Origin: Prorocentrum cordatum
Lineage: Eukaryota
Assembly: GCA_963575745.1 (NCBI GenBank)
Contig: CAUYUJ010000190.1
Coordinates: 1 to 64,000 of the forward strand
Direction of reading: 5' to 3'
Length of the DNA stretch: 64,000 nt
The position numbers were made by a program, and so were the translations under genes. Shown here piece by piece: positions 52,707 through 63,122 of this stretch. The notes beneath the pieces were generated by a model. The model ran no database searches and was not told the origin of the DNA. It saw only the letters and a list, made by a program, of their open reading frames with translations. Within the stretch, counting starts at the first letter, position 1; every line of letters starts with the position of its first letter.

Positions 52707-53598
52707 TCGCCGACCCTCAGAGACTCCGCTTAAGTCGGGCGTGTCCCCCTACAGGGGGATCGTCGACGAAAAATCAAAAATAGTCAAAACATGTGCCCAA
52801 ATGGTCAAACATAGTAAGAAAATAGTCCCCATACTTTTTTTTGACTATCCTCCTTCCTCCCTCCTCCCTCCCTCCTCCTCCCTCCTCCCTCCTTCCTCCT
52901 TCCTCCTTCCTCTCTCCTCCACCTCCTTCTCCTCCTTCCTCCTCCTCCTCCTCCCTCCTCCTCCTCCTCCTCCTGGGTGGGCGATGACTCGGCATCGCTG
53001 GGACGTGTGCAGTATTCCCGGCGGGGGCCATCGAGGATCATCTTTGATTCTAGGTCTCTCAGATGGGTTCGGAGTAGATGAGATCGGGGAATCTCGCCGC
53101 ATTGCCGATGCATCGGCGATGCGGCTCGATGTGGAGCCCTATTGTCTACACGCCAGCGTCGCCGATGCATCGCCCGTGTCGACGATGCATGGCCGATGGA
53201 TCGTCGATGCATCGCCGAGGTATCGTCGAGGCGGCGCGATCCTCCAACCCCATCTACTCGGACCCCATCTGGGAGACTTCTCTTGGTCATCTTGCAAAAA
53301 AATACACGCGAAATCGAACAACTGCACGCTGAATTGATGTCCGAGCAATGGCCAGATAAGTGGGGGGGCAGCGAGGCCTGCAGAAACAGGGCCCTTTTAG
53401 GGCCCCCGTGTCGCCAACGGTCAGCGGAGGAAAAACTACCCCTGCAGCTACCCTTCCTCGTTTCCGCCTCCTTGGGCCTCCATGGGAGGCCCTCGTCGCC
53501 ACCGCTGGATTCGCCTCGACATCCTGGTCAGAGCGCGCCCCGGGGGAGGGGTCTGCGGAGCAGCGGTCCCGCCACCTTGTGGTTTCCCCGACGGGCAG

Positions 53599-53620
53599 GT
53601 GGTGCCCGTCGCGGCCGCAG
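53599..53620 (+). CDS. Putative micro-exon of the MORN gene (VVPVAAA+G)
   Basis: gcag|GTG acceptor mirrors the gcag|gtg donor at 41195; GT donor at 53621; phases are compatible on both sides. No homology support. Confidence 0.4.
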
Positions 53621-53886
53621 GTGGCTTTCCCAAGGGGTGCGTGGCCGCCTTTCTGCGGAGTCGGATCGATCTGCGATGGCCCTCCTCCTCCTCCTCCTCC
53701 TCCTCCTCCTCCTCCTCCTCCTCCTCCTCCTCCTCCTCCTCCTCCTCCTCCTCCTCCTCCTCCTCCTCCTCCTCCTCCTCCCCTCCTCCTCCTCCTCCTC
53801 CTCCTCCTCCTCCTCGACCCCCTCCTCCTCCTCCGGGGCCCGAGGCTGGGCAGAGATGCCTGGTGTGCACGGCTTGGCCACGGCAG

Positions 53887-54089
53887 GACCTCGCGGGCCG
53901 GACCTGGCGAGCTGCCCGCCGCCTCGAGCCTCGTCGAGCCGCCGGACCTCTGGGAGCCTTCGGGCCGGCGGAGGGGAGCCGCTCCGAAGGAGCCGCTCGC
54001 CGACGGTGTCGCCCAAAGGGCCCTCGCCTCGCAGCCTGCAGACGCCCCTGGCAGAGGAGCCAGTGTGCTGTCCTCTGCCGAGGCTCTGA
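53887..54089 (+). CDS. Putative last coding exon of the MORN gene (low-complexity tail ...RSRSPTVSPKGPSPRSLQTPLAEEPVCCPLPRL*)
   Basis: cag|G acceptor in phase 1, matching the previous micro-exon. The seven exons total 525 nt, 175 codons ending in TGA. Confidence 0.38.
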
Positions 54090-54537
54090 CTTGCTGCCTG
54101 AGCAGAAGACAAAAGAAGGGGAGTACGCATACACATACATGTATGCATGCATACATGCGTGTATGCATACACGTGCGCACTATGTACACGCAAGCATGTA
54201 CAGGTGCATCGCAGACACATGTATGTGCATCACTTACTCATATGTGGTCCCATGCATTGACACACGCATATACGCACATCTATTCATTTCAATGTGTGTA
54301 TGTATACACATTTAGGTGCACACATATGTCGTGCTCATATTCAACAGACACAGCATCACTATACATGCATATGCGTACACTTGTACATATATGCGCATAT
54401 CGCCTTCCGCACGCTCCATTAACCCTTCTTGGTGCATTATATATATTGATATATACCTCCCATGATGTTCGTACTCAATTTTGAGGCGACTTTTTTGTAA
54501 GGCTTTTCGGCCCAATTTCGAAGCGATGCTGGCCCCT

Positions 54538-54623
54538 TGCAGTACTCAAGAGCCTTCGTCTCCAACACAACACCAAATACTCAACAGGCTTCCTCCTAAA
54601 TCCGAACTTGAAAATAACCTTCT
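54538..54623. repeat. ~114-bp satellite, portion left of the Copia insertion
   Basis: Same unit (cagtactcaa...cgtctccaacacaacacc...gaacttgaaaataaccttct) as 63123-64000. Confidence 0.8.
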
Positions 54624-54745
54624 TGTTGAAGTTACTCCCCATCATGCTCTCTAATCTTCTGTATTCTATCTTCTTTCTCTTACTCTCACTCTGCTTTGCG
54701 CAATAGCCGTTTCAGCTTCGAGGAAAAAGGGATTTTTCTTCATCA
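54624..54745 (+). repeat. 5' LTR (122 bp)
   Basis: tgttgaagttactcc...ttcttcatca; matches 63002-63122 except for 2 substitutions and 1 indel. Confidence 0.95.
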
Positions 54746-54757
54746 TGGTAGCGGAGC
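54746..54757 (+). promoter_or_regulatory. Primer-binding site TGGTAGCGGAGC
   Basis: Immediately follows the 5' LTR, begins TGG (complement of tRNA CCA) and resembles the Copia tRNA-iMet PBS TGGTATCAGAGC. Confidence 0.8.
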
Positions 54758-55735
54758 TCTGAGAGCTCAGCTCTGCGATCCACGGCAACGAGTTCGCGGT
54801 CAGACCCGCGGACGCCACCTTGGCGCCAGCAGCGGGCGCCTACTCCGCCACCTTGGTCGCGGTCAGCCCCGCGGCCGAGGTCGCCACCACCGCCGCCGCC
54901 GCCGCCGCCTGTACCCCTTGCGGGGCGGCCTCGGCCGCCAGCGCCGCGGGAGGAGCCCAAGGAGTTCTCGGCTTTAGGCCCGGGCTTCGGACAGGCTTCG
55001 AGGAACCTCGCGGTGCAGAGGCGGATCTTGGAACATTTCCCCTCGCAGGCCGTGGTGCGGCCAGGGGCGGCCAGCTACGTGGCCAAGAAGAGGAGCCGCG
55101 GCCAGCGCCCTAGGGGAGAGCGTCGCACGCAGGAGGCCCTCCAGAGAAGAGCATTGAAAGGCTCTGTGCTCAGAAAGGTGGACAGCGGCGAAGAGCTCAC
55201 GGAGGAGGAAAAGACCTTCTACCACAAGTGGGTGAGGGAGCTCCTTGACCAGGTGCCGAAGGACCTCCGCAGGGAGGCCATAGAGCACTGTGAGCGCAAC
55301 AACGACCCAAGGGTGCGAGCCAGCGCTCTCTTTCGCGTGCTGAAGGTCGCCGCTGGCAACGACGACGCTTACGAGCACTACTTGACGCACGGCTGGTCCA
55401 CCGCTTACGACAATGGCGATGGAGGAGGTGCTGGCGAGGCTCACAGCCATGGGGGCTCAGCTCCAAGCAGTGAGCACAGAGAACCAACAGCTGCGGGCGG
55501 ACCTCGCCGCAGCAGAAGCCTCTCGGGCAGGTGCAAGCAGCGCGGCACAGACCGAGAGGAGGGAGCCAGACGACGAGGCGCGGAGGCTGGCAGCCGGGAC
55601 CGTGGACACCCGGGTCCTGAACAAACCCAGGATGTTCAGCGGAAAAGAGTCCGACTGGGCTCTGTTCAGCCTCGTGTTCCGCGCGTACGTGGGGGCCATC
55701 TCGCCGAGGATGCAGTCCCTGCTCCGGCGCGCTGA
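54752..55735 (+). CDS. Extra open frame between the PBS and gag, in a different frame from gag; unknown product
   Basis: Stop-free from 54752: a Pro/Arg-rich N-part followed by a protein-like segment (ELTEEEKTFYHKWVRELLDQVPKDLRREAIEHCE...AYEHYLTHGW). No ATG near the start (ACG at 54782). Confidence 0.45.
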   Translation, partial: RSSESSALRSTATSSRSDPRTPPWRQQRAPTPPPWSRSAPRPRSPPPPPPPPPVPLAGRPRPPAPREEPKEFSALGPGFGQASRNLAVQRRILEHFPSQAVVRPGAASYVAKKRSRGQRPRGERRTQEALQRRALKGSVLRKVDSGEELTEEEKTFYHKWVRELLDQVPKDLRREAIEHCERNNDPRVRASALFRVLKVAAGNDDAYEHYLTHGWSTAYDNGDGGGAGEAHSHGGSAPSSEHREPTAAGGPRRSRSLSGRCKQRGTDREEGARRRGAEAGSRDRGHPGPEQTQDVQRKRVRLGSVQPRVPRVRGGHLAEDAVPAPAR

Positions 55736-57900
55736 GGACTTGCAGCAGTCCATAGAGCGCGGATACTTAGCCCGGGGCGACGACGCCCTGGACAAGCAGC
55801 TGTACTACATCATCACTCTGATCATAGTGGCTCTTTCTTTGGAGACGAAAAGGGGCGCGCGCCGAAATCCATTCCAGACGAAATTGAAGTTTTTCTTAGA
55901 GTTTCAGTGTGCAGGCGCGCCCTGCCGCGCGGTGGTTCCCAGACGCACTTTAGAGCGTGCTGACGTATAATGCGAGGCATTCGCATTGCACGTTGCGCAT
56001 GCTATCGCGTGCAGATCACGCATGGCTTGAGCTACTTCGCAGACGCTTTCTGCCGAGGCCCTTCGAGGGCCCTCTCAGGGCCCGCCGGGGTCGCCGAGTG
56101 CCGCGAGCTTCCGGCAGCCATTGTCGACAGTTGGCAAAAGCAACGTCGCCGAAATGGTCGCCGAAAGAGCCGTCGAAAAGGCCGCCGAGATTGCCGCCGA
56201 AGGAGCCGCCGAAAGAACCGTCGGAAGGGCCGCCAGAATTGCCGCCGAAATTGCCGCCGAAATTGCCGCCGAAATCGCCGCCGAAATTGCCGCCGCAATT
56301 GCCGCCGAAATTGCCGCCGAAATTGCCGCCGAAATTCCAGATGGTTCCGCCGAGAAAAGACCGAATTTGACCTTGGCTGTGACTCTATGCCTGTGTCTGC
56401 GGCGTCATCGCGCTTACTGAAACAGCGATTTCCCTTGCGACGGGGCAATGAAAATATCGGCGGCCGAATTTCGGCGGCGATTTCGGCGGCTGAATTCCGG
56501 CGGCTATTTTGGCGGAGTTCGCAATTATTTCGGCGGCAATTTCGGCGGCAATTTCGGCGGCAATTTCGGCGGCAAGTTCGGCGGCAAGGTCGGCGGCGAT
56601 TTCGGCGGCAATTTCGGCGGCGATTTCGGCGGCAATTTCGGCGGCAATTTCGGCGGCGATTTCGGCGGCCCTTTCGGCGGCCCTCCTGGCGGCCCTTTCA
56701 AGGACCATTTCGGCGGTTTTGCTCTTGACAGCTGTCGACGAATGCTGCTGGGAGCTCGCGGCGCTCAGCTTCGGTAAAGAGTCGATGCGCGGCGACGCAG
56801 ACTGACCTGACCTCAGCCCGACGATGATTGTAACATTTGTTATCTTGTGGTTTTGGCGGTGATGATGGCGACGGCCGCGGCAATGTTTGGTTCAGCATGG
56901 ATGCTCGTCAGGGGGCATTACAGGCTGGCCTACGCGCCCAGCACTGCATGCTTCCAAACAAGAAAAAATCGCCGCGCAACTCCTTCGGAATTCGGCGGCT
57001 ATTTGGGGGGCCGTGGTGGCTTCAAAGGGTTGTCCTCGGTGGCTCTGATGGCGGAGGGCAACGCGCTGCTGAAGGTCAAGAAGGTGAACGAGGGGGAAGG
57101 GCTGAAGCTGTGGAGGCTCCTGGCGCAGGACTACGAGCCGAAGCAGTTCAAGAGCCGGCGGGTGGTGCAGTGCCAGGCCGTTCTCGGCTACGCCGCCGAG
57201 GACGCTGACGTCTGGGTAGTCTTAGACAAGTTTGAAGACTTAGTCAAGGAGTACGAAAACGGGTCCGGGAAGACCGTAGACGACGAAACGAAGGCTGGTG
57301 TGATTCTCCGTGCGTTAGCCAACGGAGACGCAGACCGGCGGGATCTGTCGAAACGTCTCGTTCTGAACTGCAATCGGATCGAGACGTGCGAGCAGATCAA
57401 GCAAGAGTTGCGGGAAATCGTCGGCACGAACCAGTTTCTCGGGCGGTCTGCGGGCGGTCTGCACGCTCTTGCTTAAGGGAGCCCGAAGGGGGGCGGACGA
57501 GGACAGGCTGGCGGGAAGGGCGGCGACGGTAAGTTGCAGCTTGCCATCAAGTTTTCGGGCGACTGTTGGGCTTGCGGCAAAACCGGCCACAGGGCCAGCG
57601 AGTGCCGGAGCAGCCCGGCAGCCAAGGCCAAGGCGAAACCAGCTGGGAAGGCAAAACCGAAGGCGGCAGCCAAGCGTTTTGCTGGGAACTTTTCGGGAAA
57701 CTGCGACTACTGCGGCAAACCAGGCCACAAGGCCGCAGACTGCCACAAGAAGCACGCGGACGCCGCAGGAGCAACTAGGACAGGCACCGGGGAGCCGAGC
57801 GAGAAACGCACTCGAGCAGAGATTTCCCATCTAGAACAGCAGCTGGCGGCGCTTTCGCTGAAGGTGCAGGGCCTTTCTGGGTCGTCATCCGGGGCGGCGG
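55413..57900 (+). pseudogene. gag: Copia gag, interrupted by the insertion at 55823-57042 and frameshifted near 57476
   Basis: KPRMFSGKESDW motif. Removing the insert restores YYIITL-MAEGNALLKV...GLKLWRLL in frame. Two CCHC zinc knuckles: CWACGKTGHRASEC and CDYCGKPGHKAADC. Confidence 0.85.
55823..57042. mobile_element. Non-coding 1.22-kb insertion in gag with an internal foldback of 12-bp tandem repeats
   Basis: 7-bp direct repeat CTCTGAT at 55816-55822 and 57043-57049. (GCCGCCGAAATT)n at ~56150-56340 is mirrored by (AATTTCGGCGGC)n at ~56460-56700. Confidence 0.85.
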
Positions 57901-57959
57901 GGCCTTCGGAGGTGGGGGGTCTTGGGATCTCGGCAATCGAGGCTGGCGAGGTTTCTGCT

Positions 57960-60900
57960 GTGTCGTACTCGCGGTCAGACCCGCGGGTTACGATTGGTCT
58001 CGACAGTGGCGCGGAGATAACCGTCTGGCCCCCAGAGCTGGTCCCAGAAGTCCCAACCAAGGACTCCCCAGAGTCCCGCCGCGGCGTGAAGTATTACGGC
58101 CCTGGGGACACCGTCGCGCCGTCCTTGCCGAACCTCGGGAAGAGGGTGTACGAGTTAGACATTGGCTAATGTTCACATCGTCCCAGTCCGCAAACCTTTG
58201 TTAGCACTGTGTGATTGAGAAGATCACGGTCACGATGTTTTCTTCGTCGACGGTCGTCGGTGGGCTCGTCGCAGGGAGTCGGGCGAAGTCTTGGAGATGC
58301 AGCGTAGAGGGGGCAGGTATGAGCTCGACGCAAGAGTCATCCTGCCGTCAAACTGAGACGGGCTGGCCTGGCCGTGAGTCCCGTGGAGGAGGCAAGCTCA
58401 GGTGCTCCAACGGTCGCGGGTAGCTCCGCGGCCCCTCCGGCAGCACTAGCAGCGGGGCCTCATGTTTCACAGTCAGTTTCACCAGGTGGCTCGGCGGACG
58501 GCCCCGCGAGCGCGCCTGTGCCGGCCGCAGGGCCGAGGTCGCCAGCGGGCAGCCCCGCGGGCCAAGGAGGGGATGGCGGCGCTCATCTCCAGTCTCACAT
58601 GGCCAACGCTGGAGGCGGGGTCATTCGAGCTCTCCCCTCCCCAAGTCTTCCTTCGGCGGAGGAGATTGCAAGGCGTAATGTTGATCATTGTCCTTACCAG
58701 AGTTGGTGTAGATCGTGCGTGGCTGGTTGTGGGAAGGCAGACAGTCATTTTAGGCGGGAGAGCGACGATCTGAAATACCTTGTGTCTCTTGTGATTACTG
58801 TTTCATGGGGGAGTCGGTGGAGGAGGAGAGGATGTGTGATCGATGTTTACCTATAATTGTACATAAGTTTTTCCAGGATAGGTGGTTGACGTCACATGTT
58901 GTGAGGCGCAAAGGAGTAGATGAATGGGCCGTCAAAGTCACGGCGCACGACCTGGAACAGAGTGGTCTGCAGCACTTCATCTACAAGTCAGACGGCGAAA
59001 ACGCCATCAAGGCGCTCAAGACCGCAGCCGTCAAAGAACTTCGATCCAAATGTGGGGGGGCCATCACAGTTAAGATGGAGGAGAGTGGGGCTGGGGAGTC
59101 TCAACAAAATGGTGTGGTGGAGAGGGCCATCTGGGAGGTAGAGTCCAGAACCTGGACTCCTGGTCCATGCGGCCCAGGAGTTCCATGGAGTAAAACTTCC
59201 ATTGGCTCATCCTGTCCGTGTTTGGGCATTGGAGTACGCCTCGCAGGTCATCGACAGAGGTCAGAAGGCTCTGAAAGATGGCCGTGCCGCGTACGAGCTG
59301 AGGAAAGGCAGACCGTGCCGTCGCAAACTTCCAGCCTTTGCAGAAGCAGTGATGTTTCTGAGAGTAGCAGAGAAGCGGCAGAGGCGCAAATTCGCAGACC
59401 GATGGGAGACCTTGGACTGGTAGAGCGCTCAAACATGGTGTTGATCGGGGCGCCACAGGGTGTCCGGAAGGTGAACTGCGTCAAGAGATTGCCGCCGGTC
59501 CAGGCTAAAGACCCGGAGCTGGTGAAGGCCATCAGGGGGTATCCGTGGAGCCACTCCGAGGGTGTCGACACGGAGGGGCCGGGGGGCGCACCCGTGATGG
59601 CGGCGACGGAACCAGTCGTGCCTGAGTCGGAATTACCACCACACCTGCCGCCGCCACCAGCGGCACCTTGGGCCCCGAGGCGCGTATACATCCGAAGAGA
59701 TGTAGAACTTGCCCGTTTTGGGTGCACAGACGGGTGCCAAGGATGCCTAGCAGCAGCTTTTGGTCACAAGCCGAGGGCGCACACACAAGAGTGTAGGAAA
59801 AGGATCGAAGACGCCATGGCTCAAGATACCGAGCTTGGCGTCCGTCTGGAGGGGGCGGGGGCGCACAGGGAGGCAGCGGGCGTCCCGGGGGCGCGAGCAG
59901 CGCCAGGGGGGACCCTGGAGCCTGGAGAGGTTTTGGGGCCAGACAGCACAACGGAGGAGCCTTCGCGGGAAGCCCCGCGGACGGCGCATAGGTAGGGGCA
60001 GGGGGAACCTTCGCGGGAAGCACCGCGGACAGCACCGTGGGAGGAGCAGGGAGGTATTGATTCGCAGCAGCCGAAGCGGCTCATCAATATGCCTGCTAGT
60101 AGACCGTCGCGGGGAGCGCCGCGGCAGTCTGCGCCAGGCGCAGGAGGGGAGCCGGCAGCAGCGGCAGCCGATTCTGGGGTGACAGCTTCGGCTACAGCAG
60201 GGCCGGCTGCACCGCTAAGGCCCGGCAGCGTCGAGGCTGCGCTCTCCGGGTCAGAGCCAGTGTTGGTTCGAGACGGCGACAAAGGAGAATCGCTTGGTAA
60301 CGCGGACCCCAGCGCCGCGGATAGGCCAGTTCCTGGTCTAGACGAGGACGACGTGGGTCTTGGTAGTATCCAGGCGAATCTTCGGCAGATGGGCGCGGCA
60401 GTTGGCCCGTCTATCAAGTCCGTGTGCTCGGTCGCGAGGGGCGGTCCGACTCCGGACAGCAGCTGGGAGGCAGCTGCGGGCGAGGTGTTCTGCAAGAGCA
60501 GGTTCACCACGCAGGTGGGCATGTTCGGCCTTCACCCGGGCTACGTGCTTGACTTCACCACAGGGTGGGACTTGGAGGTCCCAGGGCAACAGCAGAAGGC
60601 CGACGAAATGCAGGAGCAGATCCGGCCATGCCTGCTAGTGGGGGGCACTGACGGCCCTCCCTGGAGCCGGCAGCGCAGGGGCGACGCTGGCGCAGGCGCG
60701 CGGGGCGCGCGCGGGGCACGCAGCAGGCAGCAACTCCGGGCGTGTTGTCCGCTGTACAGGAAGCAAATCGACGCTGCTCGATACATGCTACACGAGCACC
60801 GTGGCGGCGCGGCGTCTCTGCAGGGGCCGCGCGCGCAGGGGGTATTAGAGCAGCCAGGTGTGTTCTGGGTGCGCACTGACGAGCGTGGGATGGGGCAGGC

Positions 60901-62857
60901 CATCGCCACCAAAGGAGGCGGGCGCGAGCTGGTGGCGCAGGGGGCCGTTTGGCTCACCAACAGCAGGTGTATCGCCGAGGAGCTTGCGACGTGCAAGTTA
61001 TGGAACAGGACGGGTTCCAAGGCTGCAGGGACAGGGGGGTGCACGCCCGCGCTGGTATGTGCGGTGCTGCGTGGCCTCCGGCGGCAACTCCAGGAAGACG
61101 GGAAGTTGTCGTTGTCCTCCCTCGAGCCGGGGGTCACAGGCCACGACCCCGCAGAGTATCCAGAGGAAGACCTTGCGAAGTTTTACGACGATGTCTCTGG
61201 GAAGCTCTTGCCAACGCCGCTGGTGCGGAAAGCGAGAGTCGCCGAGTTGGATTTTCTACGCGGTTTCCCTGTGTACGAAAAGGTGCCAGCAGCACAGGCG
61301 AAAGGCAAGAACATGGTTTCTGTGCGTTGGTGTGATGTCAGCAAAGGTGATGATGATAATTTGGAGGTTCGCTCCCGGCTGGTCGGCAGGGAGTGCAAGT
61401 GGCAAGACCCATTCATGCAAGGCACGTTTGCCGCGACGCCACCACTAGAGAGCCTTAAATATCTGTTCCATTTCATGACAACCACGAGGCGGGTGCGAGG
61501 CGCCCCGGTTCGTTTGAAGATGTTGGTGATGGATGTGAGCAGAGCTCATTTCCATGCGCCGTGTGTGCGGGAGATGTACATCCGCCTCCCGGAGGAGGAT
61601 GCTACCCCAGGGATGGTCGGAAAGCTTCTTCGCACCATTTACGGCGCGCGCGACGCAGCGAACCAATGGGACAGTTTCTTTAACGACATCATCACAAAAC
61701 TGGGCTACGACGTTGGCGTGTCAAACCCATGTTTGTACAGACGCAGGAACAAACTGTCAATTGGGTGGAGGCACGGAAACGACCTTGTGTTCATAGGTGA
61801 AGCAGACCACATGTACAGCTTGTTTGACGAAATCGGCAAGCACATGATCCTTGAGAAGAGAGGCGTGCTTGGTTTTGAGGATGGTGACGACACGCACATC
61901 ACCATTCTGAACCGTTTGGTTGATTTCTGCACGAAGGACGGTGTGCCGACAGTCACTTACGAGCCTGATCCTCGACACGTGGATCTTCTAGTAGACCAGC
62001 TTGGACTGACCGGCAGCAGGGTCAAAGCAGTGGGCACGCCAGGCGAAAAGCGCGGCGATTACCACTCGGAAGAGCCGCTCGCGGATAGCTCCGTTTGTAC
62101 AGGTCATGTACTATGCGTATAGCGTACCTTGCGGCAGATCTGCCGCGCCTACAGTTTTCTGCAAATCGACTGGCCCGTGGGGTGAGTAAGCCCACTGTGG
62201 GCCACTGGAACCGGCTCAAGCGCGCGGTGCGCTACCTGAAGGGCCACCCCCGGTGGGTTCAGCAGTTCCAGATGCAGGAGCCTGTGGGGCATGTTGACGT
62301 ATGGACAGATTCTGATTGGGCGTCAGACCCAACAGACCGGAAGTCTGTGAGCTGCACGGTAGTGATGATTGGCAATCACTGCCTACGATGTTCGACTGCT
62401 ACACAGACGAGTCCAGCTCTGTCCTCAGGAGAGGCGGAATTTGTAGCGAATGTCAAGGGAGGGAACCATTCTCTTGGCATGCAGTCCATAGCCCGGGACT
62501 TCGGCGACGAGCTGCGGATCCGTCTGCGGACAGACAGCACAGCTTCCAAGGGGATCGCTTCCCGGAACGGTCTCGGGAAGGTGCCTTTTGGACGCGGCAT
62601 TGTTGTGGATACAGCACCAGGTAGGAAAGGGGAAGATCCAGATGCACAAAGTAGACGGTAAAACTAACTTAGCTGATCTTGGGACCAAGGACGTCGAGGA
62701 GGCTTTGATAGTTCGTTTTATGGGAGGCATGGGATTCAAGGAGGAGGCCGGACGTCATCCAAAAGCGTTGAGGGTTTCGCACGGCTTGGGCGGCTACGGG
62801 GAGGAGGCCCTTCTAGCTCAGACGGATGATGTGGGAAACGAGAAGGAGCTCATCTAA
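57960..62857 (+). pseudogene. pol: Copia pol (protease, integrase, RT, RNase H) with several frameshifts and stops
   Basis: Protease GLDSGA at ~57995. Integrase HCPYQSWCRSC at ~58686, KSDGE and SQQNGVVERAI. RT VRSRLVGRE, MDVSRAHF, IYGARDA, and HGND in place of xxDD at 61772-61783. RNase H WTDSDWA, SSGEAEF, TDSTA, NLADLGTK. Confidence 0.92.
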
Positions 62858-62993
62858 GTAATAGCTCGTGTATGTTCGTGTTGTACAGTAAGAACGGTCT
62901 CGCGGCGAGCCCCGTGGGGGGTTCTGAACCGCAAAGATGATTAGGAGCGTATAGAACATGTCACTGGTAGTGTACAGTCACCAGTTTCATGTT

Positions 62994-63001
62994 AGGAGGG
63001 G
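62994..63001 (+). promoter_or_regulatory. Polypurine tract AGGAGGGG
   Basis: Purine run abutting the 3' LTR. Confidence 0.75.
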
Positions 63002-63122
63002 TGTTGAAGTTACTCCCCATCATGCTCTCTAATCTTCTGTATTCTATCTTCTTTCTCTTACTCTCACTTTGCTTTGCGCAATAGCCGTTTCAGCTTCGAG
63101 GAAAGAGGGATTTTCTTCATCA
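63002..63122 (+). repeat. 3' LTR (121 bp)
   Basis: Direct repeat of the 5' LTR, preceded by a purine tract. Confidence 0.95.

Larger units (their letters stand above)
54624..63122 (+). mobile_element. Ty1/Copia LTR retrotransposon, full-length but degenerate
   Basis: Paired TG...CA LTRs; 5-bp TSD CTTCT at 54619-54623 and 63123-63127; domain order gag-PR-IN-RT-RH. Confidence 0.96.

Noticed and set aside
56121..56805. (AAEI)n and (GGNF)n repeat proteins
   Set aside because: They are translations of the 12-bp tandem arrays inside the non-coding foldback insertion.
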